NCBI GenBank assembly: GCA_964558645.1 | Contig: CAZLEV010000012.1 | Coordinates: 55,700-119,699 of the forward strand | Origin: an uncultured archaeon | GTDB taxonomy: Archaea; Asgardarchaeota; Thorarchaeia; Thorarchaeales; Thorarchaeaceae | DNA: 64,000 nt | Reading direction: 5' to 3' | Shown: in pieces, positions 10,296 through 21,061 of the stretch | Layout: each line of letters begins with the position of its first letter | Position numbering within the stretch: position 1 is the first letter of the stretch | Translations under genes and position numbers: made by a program | Notes under the pieces: generated by a model | What the model was told of the DNA's origin: nothing | The model's input: the letters and a program-made list of their open reading frames with translations, nothing else | The model's database searches: none

Positions 10296-11660
10296 ATGAC
10301 AATCAATGATGATATGAGAACAGCTGAGAACGATGACAGCGGTAACACCTCACCCGTTTCATCTCAATCTCAGCCTGGTCTACGATGGCTCTATGTCCTA
10401 GCTATTGGGCTTGGCTTCTTCACAACAGGGATAAGCTGGAGTCTTTATGACAGCTACTTGCCGGCTGATTTTCTTCCCGCATTTATCGTCGGAGACCTGC
10501 AGAATACCATAATCGGTGCCATAATGGTCATGGACAACGTGCTGGCTCTGCTGCTACAGCCGTACATCGGGGCAAAGAGTGATTCGACAAGAAGTCGATG
10601 GGGTAGAAGGATGCCCTATATCATGATTGGCACGCCTATTGCTGCGGTCTTCTTCACTCTGATAGCATATGGGTGGGCCCTGTCTCTGTTCTGGCTAATG
10701 TTCGCTATGATTACCATATTCAATGTATCGATGGCGTTCTACCGAGCTCCTGTGGTAGCTCTGATGCCCGACTTGGTGGCTTCAGAACACCGAAGTCAGG
10801 CGAACGGAGTCATCAACCTGATGGGAGGGATTGGAGCTATCTATGCTTTCGCAGTCGCATCGCAGATCTACAAGATTGAGGACGCAAGTCTGGCAGCAGT
10901 GCTCGGGGTTGCACCTAACCAGGTGGGTCCGATCCTGGCATTCCTTTCAACATCAGTAATCATGGTCATTGCTGTGGTGATTCTCTTCCTTGCAATCAAG
11001 GAACCGGAGGTTCCCTATGAGCCAGACCAAGAACGAGTTGCTATTGTGGACGCAATAAGACAGATATCTTTCTCGGAAGACAAATCTGCAGTGACTATGC
11101 TCGGTGCAATACTCTTCTGGTTCCTTGCCTATAATTCGATTTCGACTTGGTTCACGAAGTATGGTAACGAAATCTTGGGCTTTGCAACTGCAGATGCTTC
11201 ATTCCTGCTCAACGGGATTGCTTTGTCATTCGTGATCTTCGCCGTGCCAGCCGGTTACATCGCAAACCACTTCGGGCGAAAGAAGACAATCCTCTCAGGA
11301 ATAATGGTGATGGCTATAGCGATAGTTGCTCTGTGGTTTACTGCCGATTATTATTCGATAATGGCGATTCTTGCGGTAGCGGGAATCGGCTGGGCATTGA
11401 TAAACGTGAATAGTATCGTGATGATGTGGCAGATGCTTGGCCAAGAGAAGGTTGGGGCAGGCACTGGGTTGTACTACCTCGCAAGTATGAGCGCCGCTGT
11501 GTTTGGTCCCTTGGTTGCAGGAATCATCTTCGATTTGACTTCGATTGCGAACCTGTATCCGTTAGCCCTTGTGTTCCTCGTGATAGCATTCATCTTCACT
11601 GCACTAGTTAGCACAGGAGAGGTTCACGATGAAGCCATCGTGGAGCGCGCCAACGAGTAG
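10296..11660 (+). CDS. MFS transporter (SLC45/maltose-sucrose permease-like)
   Basis: 12 TMs, SDSTRSRWGRRMPY loop, ALMPDL motif. Confidence 0.9.
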   Translation: MTINDDMRTAENDDSGNTSPVSSQSQPGLRWLYVLAIGLGFFTTGISWSLYDSYLPADFLPAFIVGDLQNTIIGAIMVMDNVLALLLQPYIGAKSDSTRSRWGRRMPYIMIGTPIAAVFFTLIAYGWALSLFWLMFAMITIFNVSMAFYRAPVVALMPDLVASEHRSQANGVINLMGGIGAIYAFAVASQIYKIEDASLAAVLGVAPNQVGPILAFLSTSVIMVIAVVILFLAIKEPEVPYEPDQERVAIVDAIRQISFSEDKSAVTMLGAILFWFLAYNSISTWFTKYGNEILGFATADASFLLNGIALSFVIFAVPAGYIANHFGRKKTILSGIMVMAIAIVALWFTADYYSIMAILAVAGIGWALINVNSIVMMWQMLGQEKVGAGTGLYYLASMSAAVFGPLVAGIIFDLTSIANLYPLALVFLVIAFIFTALVSTGEVHDEAIVERANE

Positions 11661-11697
11661 AAACAGAGAGTCAAGCATGTTCTGAAAAGCATCGGAA

Positions 11698-11718
11698 TAG
11701 GCCCCATTGAGGGGCCTA
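11698..11718. terminator. Hairpin between convergent genes
   Basis: Perfect 8-bp stem TAGGCCCC-ATTGA-GGGGCCTA. Confidence 0.5.
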
Positions 11719-11937
11719 ACTCCCCTCGTGAATCAACGTGTGTAAGACGCAAACCTCGGTCCGAAGACGCAATCCCCTAGAGCAATCCTCATGTTATCAT
11801 TCTATATCATAGATATGATTCAGTTACGGGGTTCGCAGGTTACAGTAGCTCCTTGGCAACGCCGTTAGAACTACCTTCTTTTCAGGCATCTTGAGGCCAT
11901 TCCCTCTGAGAAGCCCTGTGCCTGGAGATTCTGTTCC

Positions 11938-13674
11938 CTATGCAAGAGAAGCTGGAAGGGATAAGATCGTTGCTATCAACCATGCGCAAATCAGCGCGTT
12001 GACGAAAGCACCTACTCTGTAATCATTCGTGAGCCGATAACTCCACATGGTAACTGCTGCTGCAACCACAAACCACGGGGCGAAAGCATAGAAAAACAAG
12101 AAGGTATAGCCTATGTACCCAGGGATGAGAGGGTAGCCCGTTAGAAGACCGCCAACAAACTCAATGGATATCATCACAACGTACGGCATTACCTTGACCA
12201 GAACCGCCTTGAGAGTCCATTCGACGTGTGTTTGGAATCCCTTGCCTGACAGAATCGATGGTAGCAGTCCCGTAAGCCACATACCTTCCACATAGAAGTA
12301 CACGACGAAGACTGAGAAGAACAACACCATGAACAGAGCTCGAGTTGACGTGAGAAGCTTGAATCCCGGAAGGAAGCATCTCAGATCAAGTACGGTTGTG
12401 TAACTCACGATTGCAGTCCAAGCATAGAGCCAGCCCACTACCAATGCAGCCAGAAGTAGAGGTCTGAGCAATCCTCTGACGAATCCTTGTGGAGCCTCCC
12501 CGCCATGGGCAAGCTCTGAGAAAGCCAAACCATCGAGAGAACCACGACCTGAAAGCCAACGCAGTAATCCCAATGATATCAGCCCCGTGCCTAGTAGCCA
12601 AGTGACTATAGGAGTCGCATTAGCCATGGGTATGTATACGACATTACTGAGCAGGATTCCCAGAAACATCAGCGGATAGAAGAGGGCAAGACTCAAGACA
12701 CCGTACAGCAGGCCGAACTTCAGATACGAGGGCGTGCCCCGAGTATATGGCCTCTCTGGCAGATCATCAAAAAAGGAGAATCCCAGAAGAATAGCCATGA
12801 CAGGAAAGATGGTTAGAACTGCACCACCAATGCTGAGCAGACCTCCGAACAGCCAAGTCTGATAGACAAGCTCATCACTCGGATGCCAGTGGGCATCTTC
12901 TGCCCCGGCCTTCAGACTGTCTTTCATCCACTCAACAGTTTCGCTCACTATGGCAGGATCGATGGTCTCGAACAGATGATTTGTTCTGGCCACAAAGAGC
13001 CTCCGAGCGGTCTCAGACTCGAACGAACCATAAGTCACACCCGCTTCTACCGGTGTCACATTGAATGAGGCCTCAAGGCGAGTTGTATCTCGAGGATATG
13101 ATGAAAGAGAATCAAAATCGCCAACTGCAACCAACATGTTTGGAATGTAGGCCACAGTGCTTACATTGCGCGGTGCGCCGCTCCCCACTAAGACGACTGA
13201 TGAAACATGTATTGGGGAGGAATCGATAGCACGCCAAGCATGGCCTCCGCCCATGCTGTGACCTATGATTCCGAGCGAGGAGCTATCAACGTATTCAAGA
13301 GATGCCAGATATTCAAGTGCCGCAGCTGATCCCAGTCCGGGGTCTCCAGGGTCAGATTCGCCATGACCATTTGCATCCATTGTCAACACAACGAAACCAC
13401 GGCGCGCCAGCTCGATTCCGAAGGCCATCAACCACTCTTTGCTCTGGAGAGAACCATGGATGACAAGAACTCCCGGCAGCTGTTCTGAACCAGTCGCATA
13501 GACAGGTTTCTGCAAAGTGCACACAATTAATGCTCCATCAGCAGCCTCAACGTACTCTTCACTTACTACTACACTGCCGCTATCTGTTAGCACAGCATGA
13601 CCAATGGCTGTTCCACCCAGCAAAAGAGCAAGCGCAATGAGAAGAACGATATAGCGAAGTCTGACCCTTGTCAT
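11938..13674 (-). CDS. Alpha/beta hydrolase fused to a C-terminal multi-pass membrane domain
   Basis: N-terminal signal/TM, IHG, GHSMGG nucleophile elbow, Asp/His candidates, about 8 C-terminal TMs. Confidence 0.85.
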   Translation of the reverse strand: MTRVRLRYIVLLIALALLLGGTAIGHAVLTDSGSVVVSEEYVEAADGALIVCTLQKPVYATGSEQLPGVLVIHGSLQSKEWLMAFGIELARRGFVVLTMDANGHGESDPGDPGLGSAAALEYLASLEYVDSSSLGIIGHSMGGGHAWRAIDSSPIHVSSVVLVGSGAPRNVSTVAYIPNMLVAVGDFDSLSSYPRDTTRLEASFNVTPVEAGVTYGSFESETARRLFVARTNHLFETIDPAIVSETVEWMKDSLKAGAEDAHWHPSDELVYQTWLFGGLLSIGGAVLTIFPVMAILLGFSFFDDLPERPYTRGTPSYLKFGLLYGVLSLALFYPLMFLGILLSNVVYIPMANATPIVTWLLGTGLISLGLLRWLSGRGSLDGLAFSELAHGGEAPQGFVRGLLRPLLLAALVVGWLYAWTAIVSYTTVLDLRCFLPGFKLLTSTRALFMVLFFSVFVVYFYVEGMWLTGLLPSILSGKGFQTHVEWTLKAVLVKVMPYVVMISIEFVGGLLTGYPLIPGYIGYTFLFFYAFAPWFVVAAAVTMWSYRLTNDYRVGAFVNALICAWLIATILSLPASLA

Positions 13675-13825
13675 CCTTATTACATCCTCTTGGTTGCCTT
13701 CAGCGAATCGATTGGCACCTTTTATATCATGCCTATCTTTCTCGAATGGTCAGGCTTTTCGCAGGCAAAGCAAACATTAAAGGTTGCCAATAAGAAGCCG
13801 CAGATGTCAGACAGGAGGCTCAACT

Positions 13826-15142
13826 GTGACTAATCCAGAAACATACGATATCATTGTTGTAGGTGCGGGCGTAGTTGGTGTAGCGTCGGCATACTATCTG
13901 CAAAAGAACAATCCTGAGAAGGAAATCCTTCTGGTGGATCGGCTGCCTGCAGCAGGACAGGCAAATACCGCAATGAGCGCAGCAGCTGTTAGAAACATGT
14001 TTGCTTCGTCAACAAATCAGCTTCTGACAGACACATCTGTGAAGTTCATGGAACATATCCAGTCGGATCTCAACCATGACCTGATGTTCGAGAAGACGGG
14101 CTATCTCTGGCTCCTCAGTAAGAAACAATTCGAACACGACAGCGTACAGATGTGGATGCGACGTATGAAGGAATCAGATATTCACCACCATGTCTATGAG
14201 AAAGAGGAGCTCAAATCTATGATTCCCGGTCTCAATGTAGACTTTGAGGGAGATGAAGAAGCTGAGCTCATGAACCTAGAACAGGTTGATTATGGTCTTT
14301 TCGGCGGAGATTGCGCAGTCTTGGATCCTACGAAGCTCGTTGATTTCTATTTTGGAGAGTTCAAGAGAATGAGTAACGTCAAGCCGCTCTTCGGCGTAGA
14401 TGTTACTGGGCTAATTCTTGCTGCAGACCCACCTCTTGATCTGCCAGGGGAGCCCTATGTCTGGCAGCAGAAACGCGTCGGTGGTGTCAGGACTACCGGG
14501 GGGGACTTCAAGGCTGAAACGGTGGTCATAGCTACAGGTGCTTGGTCGAATGAACTTCTTGATCCAGTTGGAATCGACAGTCGAACAAAGGCGAAAAAGC
14601 GGCAGTTGTTCGTCATCCACGCTGAAGGCAAGGAACCCTTGATGGAGATACTCCATAGCAAAGGCTTCAATGATCTAGGTTGTATTCCTTTTACAATCCT
14701 TCCGTCTGCTGGGGTATACTTCCGACCGCAGTTGCAGGAGAAGGGCTTCTGGGTCGGTTGTGGAGACAAGTTCGGAAGGGCTTACCACTATACGCAAAAA
14801 GACAGTTATCAGAATGGCGAATCCGCTTACTATGAGAACAGCGTCTATCCTGTGCTCTCTAAGTACTTCCCGGCCTTTCAGGACTCTCGCCCGGTGAATA
14901 GCTGGGGAGGCGGATACTGTTACAGTCCCGACGCCATACCCCTCGTGTACAAGACAAATGGTATAATCGCAGCCAATGGAGCAAGCGGAAGCGGAATCAT
15001 GAAGGCAGACGCTATGGCCCGTATCGCTGACGCGCTGTACCGGGGAGAAAGGCATGCAGAGCTCTACGGTGGAAAGAGAATAGAGTCTAATGCACTCAGC
15101 CTTCAAGAACGAAAGGTAGAGATTGAGAGTGTCATCATATAG
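13826..15142 (+). CDS. FAD-dependent oxidoreductase, DAO/sarcosine oxidase-beta/proline dehydrogenase family
   Basis: GAGVVG Rossmann motif, ATGAWS, SGSGIMKAD; GTG start 13826 follows a GGAGG RBS. Confidence 0.85.
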   Translation: MTNPETYDIIVVGAGVVGVASAYYLQKNNPEKEILLVDRLPAAGQANTAMSAAAVRNMFASSTNQLLTDTSVKFMEHIQSDLNHDLMFEKTGYLWLLSKKQFEHDSVQMWMRRMKESDIHHHVYEKEELKSMIPGLNVDFEGDEEAELMNLEQVDYGLFGGDCAVLDPTKLVDFYFGEFKRMSNVKPLFGVDVTGLILAADPPLDLPGEPYVWQQKRVGGVRTTGGDFKAETVVIATGAWSNELLDPVGIDSRTKAKKRQLFVIHAEGKEPLMEILHSKGFNDLGCIPFTILPSAGVYFRPQLQEKGFWVGCGDKFGRAYHYTQKDSYQNGESAYYENSVYPVLSKYFPAFQDSRPVNSWGGGYCYSPDAIPLVYKTNGIIAANGASGSGIMKADAMARIADALYRGERHAELYGGKRIESNALSLQERKVEIESVII

Positions 15143-15183
15143 TTTCAGTGTCATTAGATACACAGAAATAGCAGCTCAGGGAT

Positions 15184-15705
15184 ATGCCCACTATGACGGA
15201 TGACTCCGACCATCTCACTGGCCCGCCTCAAGAGGGACAGATGGCTCCAGACTTCATTCTACCTGCCGTTGACGAAGAAGAAATCCATCTTATCGAGCTA
15301 TCAGGTAGCTGTGTGGTTCTGGTCTTCTTCTCTCAAAGCTTCGCAACATACGATACCATGGAGATACGTGCTTTTGTCGACTCATATCTTGCACTAAAAA
15401 CTCTCGGAGCCACAGTGATAGGCATAAGCACTGAACCGGTCCAAGCGCTTCGGACCTTCGCTGAACAAGAGGAGATACCATTCCCTCTCTGTAGTGACTT
15501 TGACCGAGAAGTTGCCAAGAAGTATGGAGTCTTTGAAGAGGAAATTGACGGGTTCAGGCACGTTGCCCGTCCCGCCGTTTTTGTGATCAACAGAAAACAG
15601 CGCATCATGTATCGCTGGGTATCTGAGAAGCTCAATACGCTTCCAAATCTCGATCAGGTCATAGGTGTTATCCAAGGATTTGACCCTTCAGAAGATGTCT
15701 GCTAG
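15184..15705 (+). CDS. AhpC/TSA peroxiredoxin-fold protein lacking the peroxidatic Cys
   Basis: APDFIL, GIST, FPLCSD, YGV and RPAVFVI family motifs; active-site region reads FFSQSFATYDTME. Confidence 0.8.
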   Translation: MPTMTDDSDHLTGPPQEGQMAPDFILPAVDEEEIHLIELSGSCVVLVFFSQSFATYDTMEIRAFVDSYLALKTLGATVIGISTEPVQALRTFAEQEEIPFPLCSDFDREVAKKYGVFEEEIDGFRHVARPAVFVINRKQRIMYRWVSEKLNTLPNLDQVIGVIQGFDPSEDVC

Positions 15706-16811
15706 ACCATCGATTCTGATATCCAGATCAGCACCACCAGTAGAACAAAGTATAAGACGGTAAGCAGAACGCCCTCTCGACGCGTCACACGCCAGTCTTG
15801 TCGGATGACATAATAGAAAACAACCGCTACGCTGAGCATCAGGGATAGCAACGCACCGGCCAGAAACAGATTCACACTTGCCGTAGGAAAGAACATGTTT
15901 GCGAGTCCCAACCCTAGAGTAATGTTCATGATATTGCTTCCAACTACATTGCCAATCAAGAGGCGACCAAACCCATGCCTAGCACTGTTGATCGATACTG
16001 TCAGCTCTGGCAGAGACGTACCAAGGGCTATGAGGGTGAACCCGACGAGACTCTCCTCGATTCCGAAAGTGAGGCTGATGAATTCTGAACCTGATACCAC
16101 CCATTGCGCTCCTAACGTGACTCCAACAGCTGCTACCACAATCACCAGAACGTCGGATAGCTGTTCTCGCCCAAGACGGACAGACTGAGCTGCTGATAGA
16201 TCCTCAGTACCATCAGCAGAGTTCTGTTGGGCCGACCGAAACGTCGAAGGACGGGGAGCACCTCTCCTTAGAGACGTGATAAACCTCAACCGAATAAAGA
16301 AGTCAACGAAGATGCTGAACTGGTAACAAGTATCGCACTCTTCACGTCCCCAGTGTAAAAACGAGAGATATGAAACCATCAGGACGAGCAAAATCGCGCC
16401 TTCCCACCACGTGATTGTACCCGGCGCCAGAGGATTGAAGAGCACGACAGCAAGTAGCACGAAAGATAGAATCATGATCTTGGTGTCGCGGTCAAGAACA
16501 ATGTGATTAGTGGCAAGAGGTGCAGCCATCGCACTTATCCCGACAACTAAAGTCAGATTCGTCAAAGAGCTGCCAGCAACGTTGGCAAAGGCAAGGTCAG
16601 CCTTGCCAACAGAGAGTGCCGCGATGCTTGAAACAATCTCTGGGAGAGATGTCCCGATAGCAACAATTGTGAGACCTATCAAGAGATCTGACACACCAAA
16701 CGACTTTGCCAAGCGTGTCGCCGCTTGGATAAGATGCTCCGACCCATATACAAGAAGAACCAATCCGAGAGCGAAAAGGCCAAGGTTGACTAAGACTGAA
16801 ATCTCTTGCAT
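15702..16811 (-). CDS. Calcium/sodium antiporter (CaCA, YrbG-like)
   Basis: Two alpha-repeats GTSLPE; ANVAGS and GNVVGSN. Confidence 0.9.
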   Translation of the reverse strand: MQEISVLVNLGLFALGLVLLVYGSEHLIQAATRLAKSFGVSDLLIGLTIVAIGTSLPEIVSSIAALSVGKADLAFANVAGSSLTNLTLVVGISAMAAPLATNHIVLDRDTKIMILSFVLLAVVLFNPLAPGTITWWEGAILLVLMVSYLSFLHWGREECDTCYQFSIFVDFFIRLRFITSLRRGAPRPSTFRSAQQNSADGTEDLSAAQSVRLGREQLSDVLVIVVAAVGVTLGAQWVVSGSEFISLTFGIEESLVGFTLIALGTSLPELTVSINSARHGFGRLLIGNVVGSNIMNITLGLGLANMFFPTASVNLFLAGALLSLMLSVAVVFYYVIRQDWRVTRREGVLLTVLYFVLLVVLIWISESMV

Positions 16812-17063
16812 CGGACATCAACTCAGGAAGTCTACAAGCTGTTCTCGTAGCACACGTGCAGAGAACTCCATTATCAAACTATCGAGCATGGCATTTGAAA
16901 TGGTACTGGAATTGCCTACATCCATCGCTTCTCAAATGGCTACTAGCAGTACTCTTTCCGAGTTTCATCAGGACGAGTTACGTGCCGCTCTATCGGAGGG
17001 TCAGGAGGGTCGAGGTGCCCAGCAACCAAAATCCTTTATGAAGCAAGACTGATACCAAGACAC

Positions 17064-18029
17064 ATGAAAGTAGGAGTTCTGACAAGCGGTGGTGACAGCC
17101 CCGGAATGAATGCTGCCATACGAGCCATAGTGAGAATCGGCGTGGCGCAGGACTTCAACATCTTCGGAATCCGCCGAGGGTATCAGGGTATCCTGAATGA
17201 AGAAATCCACGAACTCTTTCCACGGTCGGTGGCGCATATCATACACAGGGGTGGGACCTGTCTTACAACTGGAAGGTCTGAGGAGTTCAAAACAGAACAG
17301 GGACTAGAAAGGGCCGCAGAGGTCTTGGAGAGAGCGGGAATTGAAGGGTTGATAGCTATAGGCGGAGACGGCACGATGAGAGGCCTGTATCACCTGCAAC
17401 AACACTGGAAGGGAAAAGCCATTGGATTGCCAGGAACCATCGACAATGACGTCTACGGAACGGATTATTCCATAGGATTCGACACAGCTGTCAACAACGC
17501 TCTCGCCGCAATTGACAAGATTCGCGACACCGCAGAATCGTACTCCCGAGTCTTTCTGGTCGAGGTCATGGGCCGACATGCAGGCGAGATAGCCATACAT
17601 GTGGGAATAGCATCCGGAGCCTCTGCCATTCTTCTTCCTGAGACCCCTACTGATCTGGACCAGATTGCATCCAAAATCATACAGGGAAGGAAAGCTGGTA
17701 AGACTAGCTCACTCATAATCGTCGCTGAAGGAGACGAAGAAGGCGATGCTGCTACAATCGCAGAGAAACTGTCAGGTCGAGTGGGTGAACGATGCAGGGT
17801 TTCAGTGTTGGGGTATATTCAGCGGGGTGGGAATCCAACTCGAATGGATAGGATATTGGCGTCGCGACTGGGCGCACGGGCAATTGAGTGTCTGAGGATG
17901 GGGATAGACGGCGTAATGCTTGGTGAGATCGATGGAGAGATTGTTGGAACACCCTTCAAAGATACGTGGACCAAGGAGAAAAAGCTGGATGAATGGATGT
18001 TAGATCTGATTGATCCACTTTCAACATGA
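17064..18029 (+). CDS. pfkA: ATP-dependent 6-phosphofructokinase (PfkA family)
   Basis: TSGGDSPGMNAAIR, GGDGT, PGTIDND, EVMGR and LGYIQRGG motifs. Confidence 0.95.
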   Translation: MKVGVLTSGGDSPGMNAAIRAIVRIGVAQDFNIFGIRRGYQGILNEEIHELFPRSVAHIIHRGGTCLTTGRSEEFKTEQGLERAAEVLERAGIEGLIAIGGDGTMRGLYHLQQHWKGKAIGLPGTIDNDVYGTDYSIGFDTAVNNALAAIDKIRDTAESYSRVFLVEVMGRHAGEIAIHVGIASGASAILLPETPTDLDQIASKIIQGRKAGKTSSLIIVAEGDEEGDAATIAEKLSGRVGERCRVSVLGYIQRGGNPTRMDRILASRLGARAIECLRMGIDGVMLGEIDGEIVGTPFKDTWTKEKKLDEWMLDLIDPLST

Positions 18030-18237
18030 TTGGACTAGAAACCATCCTTGTGCTTCCTAAGTCGTTTCCTCCGCTCCAAAACGCAGCTTGTAACATAATG
18101 ATGCAATCCTCCAACCAGATGAAGTGAAAACCGTACCCACAGTCTGTCCATAGAAATGAAACACCAGCTCGTGCAGAATAAGTGTTATTATGATGCGGAG
18201 AGGACATCGTATATGCTCTACTACAGGTGACTAGGCT

Positions 18238-20973
18238 TTGGACAAAGAGATTGCATGGCATGCCTTGCATAAGCAAGAGGTTTTCGAGAGGCTCGGAACA
18301 GATGAGAGAGGTCTGACCAAGGAAGAAGCAGAGAAGAGGCTGACTGAATACGGCACTAACGAAATCCAGGATGAGGAAGCAATCAGCAAGGTAGCGCTCC
18401 TCGTGAGCCAACTAAGGAACCCCTTGATCGGAGTGCTTGTAGCTGCGGCACTGGTTTCATTTATCGTCGGGAAATCCATTGACACGGCTGTTATCATTGT
18501 TGTCATAGGAGTCAATACCATCATAGGATTCTCTCAGGAGTACAAGGCAGAAGCAGCAATCCAGTCATTGAAGTCGATGGCAGCCCCAGAGGCTGACGTA
18601 ATCAGAAGCTGCCCGGAAGAACAAAGATGTGCCGAAATGAGCGTCAAGGCCAAGCTACTAGTCCCTGGGGACATAGTGGTCCTGAATACGGGAGACAAGG
18701 TCCCGGCAGATATTCGCATCTACAATGCCATGAATCTAGAAATAGACGAGTCTTTGCTCACAGGCGAGTCAACCCCTGTACAGAAGAAAGCTGGCATCCT
18801 TCAGGAGGACACCGCGACTGCAGACAAGAAGAACATGGCCTTCTCAGGCACATTGGTCACGCACGGCCGTGGAAAGGGCGTTGTGGTAAATACCGGAATG
18901 GACACTGAAATGGGAAGAATAGCGGAGCTTGTCAGAACAACTGAAGAGTCCGAAACCCCCATCCAAAGGACAATCAACACTCTCAGCAGAAATCTTGGCG
19001 TCTTGGCAATTCTTGTGGCTGGAATGACCTTGACAATCGGCATCTTGCGTAAATTAGAGTACTACGATATGCTCCTCTACGCATTGGCATCCGCAGTTTC
19101 GTCGATACCGGAGGGCCTCCCCGCGGTGGCAACAATAGCAATGGCGATTGGTGTCAGAAGGATGGCCAAACGCAATGCGATCATAAGGCGACTTCAGGCA
19201 GTCGACACCCTAGGATCCGCCTCAGCCATCTGTGCAGACAAGACTGGAACCCTGACAAGCAACCAGATGACCGTACGGAGAATCATTGCCGATAATCGAG
19301 TGGTCGAAGTGACAGGTGTCGGTTATTCTGCCGAAGGACATTTTGAGGTGGGAAATGCTCAAGTAGATCCGCAAAAGGATCAGACGATTGCCCTCCTCCT
19401 GAGGATAGGTGCCCTATGCAACGACGCTAGGGTCAGAGAAGAACAGAATGAAGGCTCTACCCGACGAAAGATTCATGGCAATCCCACCGAGGGCGCACTT
19501 GTTATTGCTGCAGAAAAGGCCGGACTGGAGAAACATGAACTGGAGAACGAACTGCCTCGAGTAGACGAGATACCGTTTACCTCCAAGTATCGCTATATGG
19601 CTACTTTCCACAAGACATCAGAAGAAGGTATGCAAGCCTTTGTGAAGGGAGGACCAGAAGCTGTTCTCCAGATGTGTTCACATATAATGAAGGGCGGTGA
19701 AGTAAGTGAGTTGACTTCGCAGAAGAGGGAGAGAATCCTTCAGTTCAACACACAGATGGCTAGCGAGGCAATGAGAGTACTAGCCATGGCATATCAAACA
19801 GTGGAAGCAGAAGACATTGAGACCTTCAAAGAAGAAATACAGTATGGGAATCCGAAGATGATTCTTGTCGGTCTTGCAGGTATGATTGATCCCCCCAGAC
19901 CTGAAGCAAGAGAAGCGGTGAGGCAATGTAAGAATGCAGGAATCAAGGTGATAATGGCGACCGGAGACCAACCGCTGACCGCAAAGGCAATCGCAGAAGA
20001 GATTGGGATTCTCGAAGATGATTCAAGAGTCTTGACTGGACCGGATCTGGATGATATGGACGATAGCAGGATGGACGCTGCGGTGGAACAGACCTCAGTC
20101 TTTGCTCGGGTGTCTCCTGAGAACAAACACAGAATCGTTGAGTCCCTCAGGCGGAACGGCTACATCGTGGCCATGACCGGGGATGGGGTCAATGATGCTC
20201 CTGCTCTCAAAGCGGCTGAAATCGGGATTGCAATGGGAATCACCGGGACCGATGTGACAAGAGAAACTGCGGATATGGTTCTCACAGACGATAACTTCGC
20301 CAGTATTGTTAACGCCATCGAAGAGGGGCGTGTGGTCTTCAATAACATCAGGAAGGTAGTGAAGTATCTTCTCAGCACGAACATCGGCGAAGACCTGATA
20401 ATACTGACAGCTCTGATTCTTCTGCCGGCAACCCCGCTCATTCTAACACCAATTCAGATACTCTGGGTTAATCTGGTCACTGACGGAATCCTTGATGTTA
20501 CGCTAGCAATGGAACCCAAAGAGGAAGATGTTATGGACGAACCTCCAAGGAAACCAACTGCAAACATAGTGAATAAGGAGATTCTGTTGAACATCTTCTA
20601 TGTCAGTGTTTTTATGATGATAGGAACTCTGTGCGTTTTCACTGCGGGATATGATATTGGAGGTCTCATCAAAGCTCAGACTCTTGGATTCACAACCATG
20701 GCCATGTTTCAGGTATTCAACTCCTTGAACTGCAGATCTCGAAGCAAGTCGTTCTTCAGCCTGGGGCTCTTTACTAACAAGTACCTCTACATTGCGATTG
20801 CAGCTTCAGTATTGCTACAGGTGTCTGCAACCATTCTTCCATTCTTCCAGGTGACGCTAGGTACAACTGCACTTTCATTGTGGGATTGGGTAATAGTGGT
20901 TCTTGTTTCGAGCTCGGTGTTCTTCGCAGACGAGGCAAGGAAATTAGTGCAGCGCAAGATGAGAGACAGGTAG
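18238..20973 (+). CDS. Cation-transporting P-type ATPase (type IIA, Ca2+-ATPase-like)
   Basis: TGES, PEGL, DKTGT, KGGPE, GDGVND and LWVNLVTD motifs. Confidence 0.95.
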   Translation: MDKEIAWHALHKQEVFERLGTDERGLTKEEAEKRLTEYGTNEIQDEEAISKVALLVSQLRNPLIGVLVAAALVSFIVGKSIDTAVIIVVIGVNTIIGFSQEYKAEAAIQSLKSMAAPEADVIRSCPEEQRCAEMSVKAKLLVPGDIVVLNTGDKVPADIRIYNAMNLEIDESLLTGESTPVQKKAGILQEDTATADKKNMAFSGTLVTHGRGKGVVVNTGMDTEMGRIAELVRTTEESETPIQRTINTLSRNLGVLAILVAGMTLTIGILRKLEYYDMLLYALASAVSSIPEGLPAVATIAMAIGVRRMAKRNAIIRRLQAVDTLGSASAICADKTGTLTSNQMTVRRIIADNRVVEVTGVGYSAEGHFEVGNAQVDPQKDQTIALLLRIGALCNDARVREEQNEGSTRRKIHGNPTEGALVIAAEKAGLEKHELENELPRVDEIPFTSKYRYMATFHKTSEEGMQAFVKGGPEAVLQMCSHIMKGGEVSELTSQKRERILQFNTQMASEAMRVLAMAYQTVEAEDIETFKEEIQYGNPKMILVGLAGMIDPPRPEAREAVRQCKNAGIKVIMATGDQPLTAKAIAEEIGILEDDSRVLTGPDLDDMDDSRMDAAVEQTSVFARVSPENKHRIVESLRRNGYIVAMTGDGVNDAPALKAAEIGIAMGITGTDVTRETADMVLTDDNFASIVNAIEEGRVVFNNIRKVVKYLLSTNIGEDLIILTALILLPATPLILTPIQILWVNLVTDGILDVTLAMEPKEEDVMDEPPRKPTANIVNKEILLNIFYVSVFMMIGTLCVFTAGYDIGGLIKAQTLGFTTMAMFQVFNSLNCRSRSKSFFSLGLFTNKYLYIAIAASVLLQVSATILPFFQVTLGTTALSLWDWVIVVLVSSSVFFADEARKLVQRKMRDR

Positions 20974-21061
20974 ATGGTCTATATATGACCATAATGAGGC
21001 GGCAATTATCGGATTATCTGCCTAGTGTGCCGTTTATCTGTATTCCTCAAGACTACTATGT

